DNA of 64,000 nucleotides from a virus, in IMG/VR virus record IMGVR_UViG_3300044971_002537, positions 64,001-128,000 of that record; one strand, written 5' to 3'. A model generated the notes under the pieces. That model searched no databases and was not told where the DNA came from. It saw only the letters and a program-made list of their open reading frames with translations. Position numbers and translations under genes: made by a program. Each line of letters starts with the position of its first letter. Within the stretch, counting starts at the first letter, position 1. Positions 6,823 through 13,506 of the stretch are shown here, in pieces.

Positions 6823-7032
6823 TTACTGCTCGATTCTCACGTTTTTATTATTCGCGAAATCGAACATATAGTTAACTGAGTCTGTTGACTCGGCTGCTCT
6901 TGAGTCGGTAGGCACATACCACCGAGACATCAGTTCCTTACCTGACGCTTCTGCTTCTGCCTGTGTAGCAAATCGCAGGGCATTAGATGACCACTCACCA
7001 GCACACTTCATTTCAGGTTTCCACGACATCAT
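6823..7032 (-). CDS. Small phage hypothetical protein
   Basis: 69-aa ORF, AGGAG RBS, promoter directly upstream. Confidence 0.75.
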   Translation of the reverse strand: MMSWKPEMKCAGEWSSNALRFATQAEAEASGKELMSRWYVPTDSRAAESTDSVNYMFDFANNKNVRIEQ

Positions 7033-7049
7033 GATTCTCCTTATGAGGA

Positions 7050-7078
7050 ATTATACCAGAGGGATTCTAGCCTGTCAA
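7050..7078 (-). promoter_or_regulatory. sigma70-like promoter
   Basis: TTGACA-17-TATAAT, TGG before -10. Confidence 0.85.
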
Positions 7079-7359
7079 TCCTGCCACGCTTTTAAGGCTT
7101 TGATTTGTTTGATGATGGCACTCATCTGATCGCAAGCAATTGCTTTTTGTGATTTGCTGAGACCAACTCCGATTTGGGTATATCTCCGCCAGATCGGAAC
7201 TTTTGGGACGCACGCCCGATCAACATCCGACATTGATGTCTGAAGCTGTGTGTATAGTTCATCAGGGATAAGACCCTTAAGGGCGTGGATCATTTCCCAT
7301 AGAGTATTTCTTTCGGACTGGGCTACTGTCGAATCTGATTTGTATACTGTGGCCGTCAT
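7075..7359 (-). CDS. Hypothetical protein
   Basis: ORF from MTATVY, AAGGGA RBS. Confidence 0.65.
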   Translation of the reverse strand: MTATVYKSDSTVAQSERNTLWEMIHALKGLIPDELYTQLQTSMSDVDRACVPKVPIWRRYTQIGVGLSKSQKAIACDQMSAIIKQIKALKAWQD

Positions 7360-7382
7360 GTCTATCCCTTTGTTGTATTGTT

Positions 7383-7435
7383 TGCTACCCGCCACGCCTG
7401 CCGGGTAGAACGGAAAGAAAGGGGCCTGTCACCCC
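7383..7435 (-). repeat. Bipartite hairpin element, copy 7
   Basis: TG-CTAC-CCG-CCACGCCTGC-CGG-GTAG-AAC-GGAAAGAAA-GGGGCCTGTCACCCC. Confidence 0.9.
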
Positions 7436-7451
7436 ACCCCCTATTCCTCTT

Positions 7452-7655
7452 TTACCGGCCCCACGTCCTGTTGCTTGCCACACTACCCTCTAGGGCACCC
7501 TCGGCGATTACAGCTAGGGCGGTCTCTCTACCCCCCACTACGTTCCTCGCAAGCCTACGAGCCTCTAAAGCATTCTCCGCGTCGATGTAAAACGCTGGGA
7601 GGAAAACCTGTTCCCCGTCTCGTTCCGTTGTTGCCATAATCTCAAAACGTCTCAT
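7452..7655 (-). CDS. Small protein, IxAxxxxxA family
   Basis: MRRFEI...IDAENALEARRLA; overlaps stop of the upstream gene. Confidence 0.7.
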   Translation of the reverse strand: MRRFEIMATTERDGEQVFLPAFYIDAENALEARRLARNVVGGRETALAVIAEGALEGSVASNRTWGR

Positions 7656-8197
7656 GATTGTCCTCTTTTTACTGCGACTAAATCAACTCCGATGATTTTT
7701 GCTACTGCAATACACATATCAAATTGACAGGTCGGTTTTCCGGTTTCGAATTCAGAGATAAATCTGAGTCCTACGCCACACATATCTGCTAGTTCACTTT
7801 GTTTAATTCCTGCCTTTTTTCTCCAAGATCTACAATATCTCCCTAGATCGGCAAGATTATCAATATTTGCTTTGTCTGATATACCTAGGGATTCTAGTAT
7901 ACCAATTGATTCAAATTTCTCTAAGCAGATTTGGAATTGCTCTATTACTAATCTTGGAGGACAGGAAAACCAATCCCTCGAACTCCTAATAGAGAATTTC
8001 TTCAGGACATCTCTGACTTGACTTTCTGCTTCAAAGTGGTCTTTAGTTTGTGTCGACCACTCTAATGTTGACCTTCCCGGCAGCACCGAGGACAGATTAG
8101 AAAATCTAGTTTCGACGTCTGTAGTGGCCCCCAGTTTAGTTAGACCGGGGGACCACTCGTTTGTTAGAACATACACATATCCGATTTCGTTCGCCAT
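7652..8197 (-). CDS. T5orf172/GIY-YIG-like domain fused to HipB/y4mF-like XRE HTH
   Basis: GYVYVLTN...GLTKLGATT; RKKAGIKQSELADMCGVGLRFISEFETGKPT. Confidence 0.8.
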   Translation of the reverse strand: MANEIGYVYVLTNEWSPGLTKLGATTDVETRFSNLSSVLPGRSTLEWSTQTKDHFEAESQVRDVLKKFSIRSSRDWFSCPPRLVIEQFQICLEKFESIGILESLGISDKANIDNLADLGRYCRSWRKKAGIKQSELADMCGVGLRFISEFETGKPTCQFDMCIAVAKIIGVDLVAVKRGQS

Positions 8198-8207
8198 AAT
8201 CTCTTTT

Positions 8208-8531
8208 CTATGTAGGAAGTGGCTCGTGGTCCATCACAACCCCGTCAGGGATTTTCACGAAAATCCGATTTCCACAGATCCGAGCCTTGACCTTCCCGTG
8301 CATTGTAGGGAACTCGACAGCATTGTCAAGGCTCTTGAAGATTTCGCTGGAAACTTCCTGATTTCCAGTCATCCGAATCCCGAGGATCGAGTCTCCAGAT
8401 GAGAATGTGCTCCCTGACACCCAGATCCCCCGCAGGTTGCCCTGTTCGTCGCGTGTCCAGAACGTGAGTGAGCAGTGACGCTGGCCTGAAGTGCTCTTGG
8501 TCTTGACCATGGTCTTGATTGAAGTTCTCAT
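8208..8531 (-). CDS. Hypothetical protein
   Basis: ORF on the operon strand ending just before the next RBS. Confidence 0.55.
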   Translation of the reverse strand: MRTSIKTMVKTKSTSGQRHCSLTFWTRDEQGNLRGIWVSGSTFSSGDSILGIRMTGNQEVSSEIFKSLDNAVEFPTMHGKVKARICGNRIFVKIPDGVVMDHEPLPT

Positions 8532-8594
8532 AATTGACAATCCAATAGGGGTGAAGCGGGCTGACCATCCCTTGATGGCCTGTGTTGTTTGTTT

Positions 8595-8647
8595 TGCTAC
8601 CCGCCACGCCTGCCGGGTAGAACCGCAAGGTAGAGGCCTGTCACCCC
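8595..8647 (-). repeat. Bipartite hairpin element, copy 8
   Basis: TG-CTAC-CCG-CCACGCCTGC-CGG-GTAG-AAC-CGCAAGGTA-GAGGCCTGTCACCCC. Confidence 0.9.
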
Positions 8648-8675
8648 ACCCTTAGTACTGGCCGCTCGTGTCCAA

Positions 8676-8837
8676 TTAAGCTAGTGGCCAGACTTTGACC
8701 ATAATGATTGTCTCGAAGACGTATGTGGACACTTTGTCTACAACAGTGTTGATTGCATCGGTGAAGCCCAATGCTCTGACTTCCTGTTGGATTTTCCAAG
8801 CAGAAGCAAAAGTGATTTCAACACAGTATGATTGCAT
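8676..8837 (-). CDS. Small protein (53 aa), VxAxxxxxA family
   Basis: MQSYCVEITFASAWKIQQEVRALGFTDAINTVVDKVSTYVFETIIMVKVWPLA; AGGA RBS. Confidence 0.65.
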   Translation of the reverse strand: MQSYCVEITFASAWKIQQEVRALGFTDAINTVVDKVSTYVFETIIMVKVWPLA

Positions 8838-8876
8838 GATTTTAATTCCTGTAAGGTTTAGGGGCCGTTAGGCCCC

Positions 8877-8904
8877 ATTGTAATAAATCCGCATTTCCCG
8901 TCAA
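8877..8904 (-). promoter_or_regulatory. sigma70-like promoter
   Basis: TTGACG-16-TACAAT. Confidence 0.65.
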
Positions 8905-8907
8905 GCC

Positions 8908-9120
8908 CTAGCCCCGAGAAATTGTTTCTTTATCAGAAATCCAATTGAGGATATGTAGAGGTTTCTCAGTAACGGTAAGATCACCTATTCCCACTACTGA
9001 GAGAAGCGAGCCATTCCCATCAGCCTTGACGCTTGTGATACTGGTCGTGCGTACATGGATCTCAGACTTGGTTGGTGACAGTGACTTGATCGTGAGGGTA
9101 ATGAACATGCTTCGCTCCAT
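8908..9120 (-). CDS. Small hypothetical protein
   Basis: 70-aa ORF, beta-rich. Confidence 0.65.
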   Translation of the reverse strand: MERSMFITLTIKSLSPTKSEIHVRTTSITSVKADGNGSLLSVVGIGDLTVTEKPLHILNWISDKETISRG

Positions 9121-9169
9121 TGTTTATGTATATGGCCGGTTTTGCCGGAGGTCGTCCGACTGTGTCAGA

Positions 9170-9199
9170 AGTATACCACAGTGTGTATGATCAGTGCAA
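9170..9199 (-). promoter_or_regulatory. Possible sigma70-like promoter
   Basis: TTGCAC-18-TATACT, TGTGG before -10. Confidence 0.5.
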
Positions 9200-9311
9200 G
9201 CCAAATGGCAACAATTGGCCCAATTGAGTAATAAAAAACAACACAGGCCCAGTCGGTCTTCGACATTTTGAGTTCCTCCTCTTGTATTATCGACTACCCC
9301 GGCTCCGGACT

Positions 9312-9479
9312 TTACTCTTTTCGCTCAGTACAGGCGATTGAAACGGCTTCAGACAGATTTACCGTTTCTGAGAGTTTCGCGTGGGCGTTTCTCACGGCTA
9401 GCATTGCAGTGATCGCATCAACCTGAATCTCGTGGGTGAAGCCATTAGAGAAAATGAAAGAAACAAGGAATTTTCTCAT
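9312..9479 (-). CDS. Small protein (55 aa), VxAxxxxxA family
   Basis: MRKFLVSFIFSNGFTHEIQVDAITAMLAVRNAHAKLSETVNLSEAVSIACTERKE. Confidence 0.65.
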   Translation of the reverse strand: MRKFLVSFIFSNGFTHEIQVDAITAMLAVRNAHAKLSETVNLSEAVSIACTERKE

Positions 9480-9510
9480 GATCAGGTATCCGTCTGAGAG
9501 TTGTATGATG

Positions 9511-9565
9511 TGTCACCCGCCACGCCTGCCGGGTGAAACGGGAAGAAGGGGGCCTTTCAGCCCCC
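9511..9565 (-). repeat. Bipartite hairpin element, copy 9
   Basis: TG-TCAC-CCG-CCACGCCTGC-CGG-GTGA-AAC-GGGAAGAAG-GGGGCCTTTCAGCCCC. Confidence 0.9.
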
Positions 9566-9591
9566 TCCCTAGCGGAACCAATCAGGCCACC

Positions 9592-9912
9592 CTACGAGAG
9601 GGAATCCTGAATGGCATAGAGCCGCTCGATGGGTGCCCACTCGGCCTCCAGCATCGCCTCATATCGGGCGGATTCATACAGGTCATCTAGGCGTGCCGCC
9701 TCACACTCCCACAGGGCCTTCTCAGCGTCCCACTGACGCTCTAGCTCGTCGTAGGCCTCGTATACCGGCATGGCCCATGGGTGAGTGCTATCGCACTCTA
9801 TGACGGTGTCCCCGTCCTTGAGTCGCCATTCTGGTGCGTCCCCGTGGAAGTAGGGGTTTCCGATGAAGCCGTATCCAGTAGCGTAGCCAGCCATGCCGGG
9901 GGTAACGATCAT
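9592..9912 (-). CDS. Acidic hypothetical protein
   Basis: ORF from MIVTPG, AGGA RBS. Confidence 0.7.
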   Translation of the reverse strand: MIVTPGMAGYATGYGFIGNPYFHGDAPEWRLKDGDTVIECDSTHPWAMPVYEAYDELERQWDAEKALWECEAARLDDLYESARYEAMLEAEWAPIERLYAIQDSLS

Positions 9913-9952
9913 AGTACAAGTCCTGTTGAGGAAGTGAGGAGTTGGCGTCAAC

Positions 9953-10006
9953 TGCCAGCCGCCACACCGGGTCGGCTGGAGCGGGGAGGGAGGGGTCAGT
10001 CACCCC
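9953..10006 (-). repeat. Bipartite hairpin element, copy 10 (divergent)
   Basis: TG-CCAG-CCG-CCACACCGGGT-CGG-CTGG-AGC-GGGGAGGGA-GGGGTCAGTCACCCC. Confidence 0.8.
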
Positions 10007-10232
10007 ACCCTAGGGTGGCTTACTGCTGAGCCTTACGTGCGTTGTCCTGATCTGCCTTAAGGGCGGCCATGGGCTGGACATTAGGGGGTAGCGGCACTGG
10101 TACGTAGGTGGGGCGAGGTGCCTTACCAGTAAGCATACCACGCTGAATAGCCTTGAGGGAATAGAACTTGATGTACTGCATGGGGTGTGTCCTGAGTAGA
10201 GTGAGGGATAATGACATAGCCACCCTAGGGTG
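10006..10232. repeat. 15-bp inverted repeats flanking a small ORF
   Basis: CACCCTAGGGTGGCT (10006-10020) and AGCCACCCTAGGGTG (10218-10232). Confidence 0.7.
10020..10181 (-). CDS. Small hypothetical protein (53 aa)
   Basis: ORF from MQYIKF, AGGA RBS. Confidence 0.6.
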   Translation of the reverse strand: MQYIKFYSLKAIQRGMLTGKAPRPTYVPVPLPPNVQPMAALKADQDNARKAQQ

Positions 10233-10237
10233 ACCTA

Positions 10238-10426
10238 CTAGCCTACCCATTTGGGCATGCTCTTGACTACCTTACAGGTCACTTCGGCAATCTCCACGGG
10301 GGTAGTTTGTGCATCATGCAGGTAGGCGATTGCTTCAGCTACCGCTACGGTGGCATTGACCGCCTCAACTGTGCGAGTCAAGTAACCACCCTCAGTGCAT
10401 ACTAACTTAACTTCGTAGTACTTCAT
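10238..10426 (-). CDS. Small protein, VxAxxxxxA family
   Basis: MKYYEVKL...TVEAVNATVAVAEAIAYL; GGAG RBS. Confidence 0.75.
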   Translation of the reverse strand: MKYYEVKLVCTEGGYLTRTVEAVNATVAVAEAIAYLHDAQTTPVEIAEVTCKVVKSMPKWVG

Positions 10427-10483
10427 CAGAGAACTCCATTAGGGGTGGGGCTTTCGCCCCCTTAGGGAAAAGGTCAGATAGTC

Positions 10484-10753
10484 TTAGGCCTCAATACTAT
10501 CCCACCCTACTGGCGAGGCCTTAGCTGCCCGCATCTTCTCAGCGATAGCCACTAGTTGTTTGTCGGCCTCACTCCTTAGGTGCATTGGCATCTCCCACTT
10601 AGGGGGGGAGTAGTTGGTACTATGCCATGCACAGAATTCATCAGTAGTAGGGTTGCCGCCCCGGACAAGGGCAGACATCGTTACATCGAAGTCGAAGCCA
10701 GACTTTTCTTTGATTTCGCAGAATTCGATCATCAGGTCAGACAATTTGCCCAT
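10484..10753 (-). CDS. Hypothetical protein
   Basis: 89-aa ORF, GAGGAG RBS. Confidence 0.75.
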   Translation of the reverse strand: MGKLSDLMIEFCEIKEKSGFDFDVTMSALVRGGNPTTDEFCAWHSTNYSPPKWEMPMHLRSEADKQLVAIAEKMRAAKASPVGWDSIEA

Positions 10754-10786
10754 TTTAACTCTCCTCAGGGGGTGAATGATAGGGGG

Positions 10787-10815
10787 ATTTTAGAGGATTC
10801 CCCCGAACCTGTCAA
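10787..10815 (-). promoter_or_regulatory. sigma70-like promoter
   Basis: TTGACA-17-TAAAAT. Confidence 0.75.
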
Positions 10816-10817
10816 GC

Positions 10818-11003
10818 CTAGTAATTCCCCTTGTCCAACCATTCCTGATCGAGATATTCAGGAGCCGGATCATAGACGGCTGACGCGGTCTCAATCACGT
10901 CTGCGATCCAATTTTCCATTTTGGCATCTTCTTCGTTCAGAAGGGCCAACAATTCGTTGGTGTTGTTCAATTCAACGCTGGTGATTCGGTCGTCGTATCG
11001 CAT
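10818..11003 (-). CDS. Small acidic hypothetical protein
   Basis: ORF from MRYDDR. Confidence 0.65.
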   Translation of the reverse strand: MRYDDRITSVELNNTNELLALLNEEDAKMENWIADVIETASAVYDPAPEYLDQEWLDKGNY

Positions 11004-11053
11004 CGTGGTATCTTTCGTCAGGGGTGAAACACTTGTCAGACAGTATACTATCG

Positions 11054-11218
11054 TCATTTTGTTTTGATTGCAACAGTAGATGTTCCATAATTTTTTACTT
11101 TTCGAATCAAATAACTCATTTCTTTCGAGGTGAAAACTACGTCACCACGTTTGGCGACGTGATAGCAGGCTGATGTTCCCATGAGGCGTGAACTGAAAGT
11201 GAATCCGTTGATTTCCAT
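11054..11218 (-). CDS. Small hypothetical protein
   Basis: ORF from MEINGF, AAGGA RBS. Confidence 0.6.
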   Translation of the reverse strand: MEINGFTFSSRLMGTSACYHVAKRGDVVFTSKEMSYLIRKVKNYGTSTVAIKTK

Positions 11219-11255
11219 GACTGTTGTCCTTAGAGTGTTTTGAATTGACACGCGG

Positions 11256-11285
11256 ATCATACCATAGTTATCGGCCATGCGTCAA
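11256..11285 (-). promoter_or_regulatory. First promoter of the early block
   Basis: TTGACG-18-TATGAT, TGG before -10. Confidence 0.55.
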
Positions 11286-11439
11286 TACTCGCATCAATGA
11301 TTCGGCCAAAATAAAAAAACTTTTCTGGAATTGGTCGATGGCGTAGGGGGGTGGGGTTTTATCTCCTTAGGGGGAGGGGTCTGTACAGGTATGTTAAGAC
11401 GCCGGGGCCTGCTCAAAAGTAATGTCCCATCAAACCCAA

Positions 11440-12357
11440 TTAAACCCCACCCACGCAACGCCCCAGAAACCTCGACAGCGTAGCCGCATGGACATCGCAC
11501 GGTAAAGCCATAGCTATCTCTTTGAGAGTCTTCCCATCTTTCTTCATCTCTAATATCTTATCTTTGAACTCATCTAGTTTGCTCCCACGGTAGCTCATAT
11601 TAGATAATCTCTTCGAACTCAATTCACGACTTTCTCTACATGAGACACTCACCAAATGATCTGGATTACAGCACTTAAAGTTCTTGCAGTTCCTCTGTAC
11701 CATATAAGAGAAGTTTCCACAATGGTGCATATACGACACTCTATGTGGAATATACTTTTCTCCTCGCAATGAAACATTTGGTTTCTCATATTCCCAGCAG
11801 CCGGAATCCAGTATGACCAAATCGGGCTGCATTTTTTGCCAGATCTCTGAGTAGTCAACGCCTTTATCAGAGATGACTGTACGATTGTACAGGCACCATG
11901 AATCTAGACTTGACATGATTTCATTCTCTCTCCTCAGTAGATCTTTCTCATCACAGTCCTCGATATAGGCCATATAAAAACCATACTTGCCCCAGTCATT
12001 TTGCAGGTCTGTATTTTTGTGTAGTCCTCTATCAAGCTGCGATATATGTTTTTGGAATCTTGAGTATACATCAGCACTCGATCCTATGTAGACTTTTGTA
12101 CAGTCAGTTCTGACTATTGCATAAACTCCGCATTTGCCCTTGAAGAAATCTAGATCCTTCTTGCCAGATATAAATTTGCCAAAATGCTTAGTCTTCAGCT
12201 TATAGTGTTTCACTATCGACTTGAACTGAGTCTTAGAAATATTGTATTTCTTTATCAAGTCGTTATTAGTCATAGTGGAATACTCAGCCACTAAAGACCT
12301 AGTCTCTGCTGCCGTCAGCGGGTTATTGTTACTCAATTTGCCAATTGGTCTAGCCAT
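11440..12357 (-). CDS. Homing-type endonuclease with GIY-YIG and HNH-like domains
   Basis: CGVYAI...VYIGSS...SRFQKH; GCWEY...HRVSY...NCKNFKCCNPDHL; terminal HTH-like segments. Confidence 0.8.
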   Translation of the reverse strand: MARPIGKLSNNNPLTAAETRSLVAEYSTMTNNDLIKKYNISKTQFKSIVKHYKLKTKHFGKFISGKKDLDFFKGKCGVYAIVRTDCTKVYIGSSADVYSRFQKHISQLDRGLHKNTDLQNDWGKYGFYMAYIEDCDEKDLLRRENEIMSSLDSWCLYNRTVISDKGVDYSEIWQKMQPDLVILDSGCWEYEKPNVSLRGEKYIPHRVSYMHHCGNFSYMVQRNCKNFKCCNPDHLVSVSCRESRELSSKRLSNMSYRGSKLDEFKDKILEMKKDGKTLKEIAMALPCDVHAATLSRFLGRCVGGV

Positions 12358-12782
12358 TATTCTTCCTTTGCTAAGATCGCTACTTCGGCTGGATATCCAC
12401 GATAGATACGCTTATGAAGCGTATCGTAAGACACCCCACATCTTGGATCTCTAGCCCATTCTGCGAGAGTGAGTTCTTCGCCAAAGGCTAGAACTCTCAC
12501 ATTATCGACACGATTATTTGCGTTTTCGATGGGTGACATCCTACGTAAGTTGCTTACGCGGTTGTCGAGCCGATCCCTATTAATATGGTCAATGACGATC
12601 CTAGGATCATCCTCGTTCATAACAACTCGGTGCATGCGGACTGTACAGCCGTCCACTACGGCCACCGCATATGTGTTCCTCAAAAACCACTTGTATCGGT
12701 TGAGCCGCACATAATCTTCAGGATCAACCTCAGCATACTTGCCAGCACCAGCAACACCAGACAACCAAAGTTTCATGGCCAC
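12357..12782 (-). CDS. HNH endonuclease (HNH_3 type)
   Basis: MHRVVM...VIDHINRDRLDNRVSNLR. Confidence 0.85.
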   Translation of the reverse strand: MAMKLWLSGVAGAGKYAEVDPEDYVRLNRYKWFLRNTYAVAVVDGCTVRMHRVVMNEDDPRIVIDHINRDRLDNRVSNLRRMSPIENANNRVDNVRVLAFGEELTLAEWARDPRCGVSYDTLHKRIYRGYPAEVAILAKEE

Positions 12783-12874
12783 GCCTTATAAGAACCACAT
12801 AATAGAAGAGTACGGGCACACCGCCCGTACTCTTATACGTTATTTCCACTAATGACAGCCATATTTAGATAAAA

Positions 12875-12886
12875 GCGTATATAATA
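12875..12886 (+). promoter_or_regulatory. Putative phage late promoter (GCGTATWWA motif)
   Basis: GCGTATATAATA at the start of the plus-strand block; motif recurs before other late genes. Confidence 0.55.
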
Positions 12887-12920
12887 GGGAGACTTCTCTT
12901 TTTACTGATGACTTGAGGTC

Positions 12921-13094
12921 ATGATGAAACTCGTAATTAATGGTGATACTCGCTATGTGGCTATGGCCACAGCAGAACTAAAGAAGCGAATTGAAGATGA
13001 GCTTCTTATGCCCGATCCCCCAAAGGAGATGGCGAAAGCTATCCTAGGTAAAATCCGTGAAAAAGCTGACAGAGATTCCCAAGGAACACCTTGA
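12921..13094 (+). CDS. Small hypothetical protein (57 aa)
   Basis: MMKLVINGDTRYVAMATAELKKRIEDELL...; GAGG RBS. Confidence 0.6.
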   Translation: MMKLVINGDTRYVAMATAELKKRIEDELLMPDPPKEMAKAILGKIREKADRDSQGTP

Positions 13095-13506
13095 TATTAT
13101 CTACTTCGTCGTAGATAAAGTCAAGAAGAAACCTTTCTCATTCATGACCGAGGAAGATATTTCCCAAGAGGCCATGATTATAGCATGCCAAGTTTATGAG
13201 AAATGGGATGGGGTGAGATCTCTAGAGTTCTTCCTCATGTACTCCGTTTCAAAGCGACTAATTTCCTTATCACGAAGTTACTACAAAAATCATGAGAAGA
13301 GGTCTGTGTTAGATTTCTCAGAGATTCTGGAACACCCAACTGAAGAATATGATCAGGTTACACCAGATCTCGTTGATTATATTCTAAACAATCTGTCGGT
13401 AAGTATGCGAGCCGACTATTTAAGATGGGCAAATGGGGTGTCTCTACCTTCGGCGAGACGAGCAGCCCTCATAAAAGTAGTTAAGGATCTAGTCGATGGC
13501 CAGTAA
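13057..13506 (+). CDS. Phage sigma-factor-like protein
   Basis: EEDISQEAMI...KWDGVRSLEFFL...V.KRLISL resembles sigma region 2. Confidence 0.6.
   Translation: MKKLTEIPKEHLDIIYFVVDKVKKKPFSFMTEEDISQEAMIIACQVYEKWDGVRSLEFFLMYSVSKRLISLSRSYYKNHEKRSVLDFSEILEHPTEEYDQVTPDLVDYILNNLSVSMRADYLRWANGVSLPSARRAALIKVVKDLVDGQ

Noticed and set aside
471-10006. CRISPR array interpretation of the ten repeats
   Set aside because: Intervals are about 0.4-2 kb and contain genes, the repeats differ in the stem, and no cas genes are seen.
471-10006. Calling the elements bona fide integron attC sites
   Set aside because: There is no paired RYYYAAC...GTTRRRY arrangement, many cassettes have their own promoters, and no integrase is in the window; kept only as an analogy.
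63-10984. Plus-strand ORFs in the early block (other than the HNH) and minus-strand ORFs within late genes
   Set aside because: They are shadows of better-supported genes or RNA elements on the opposite strand, without RBS or motif support.
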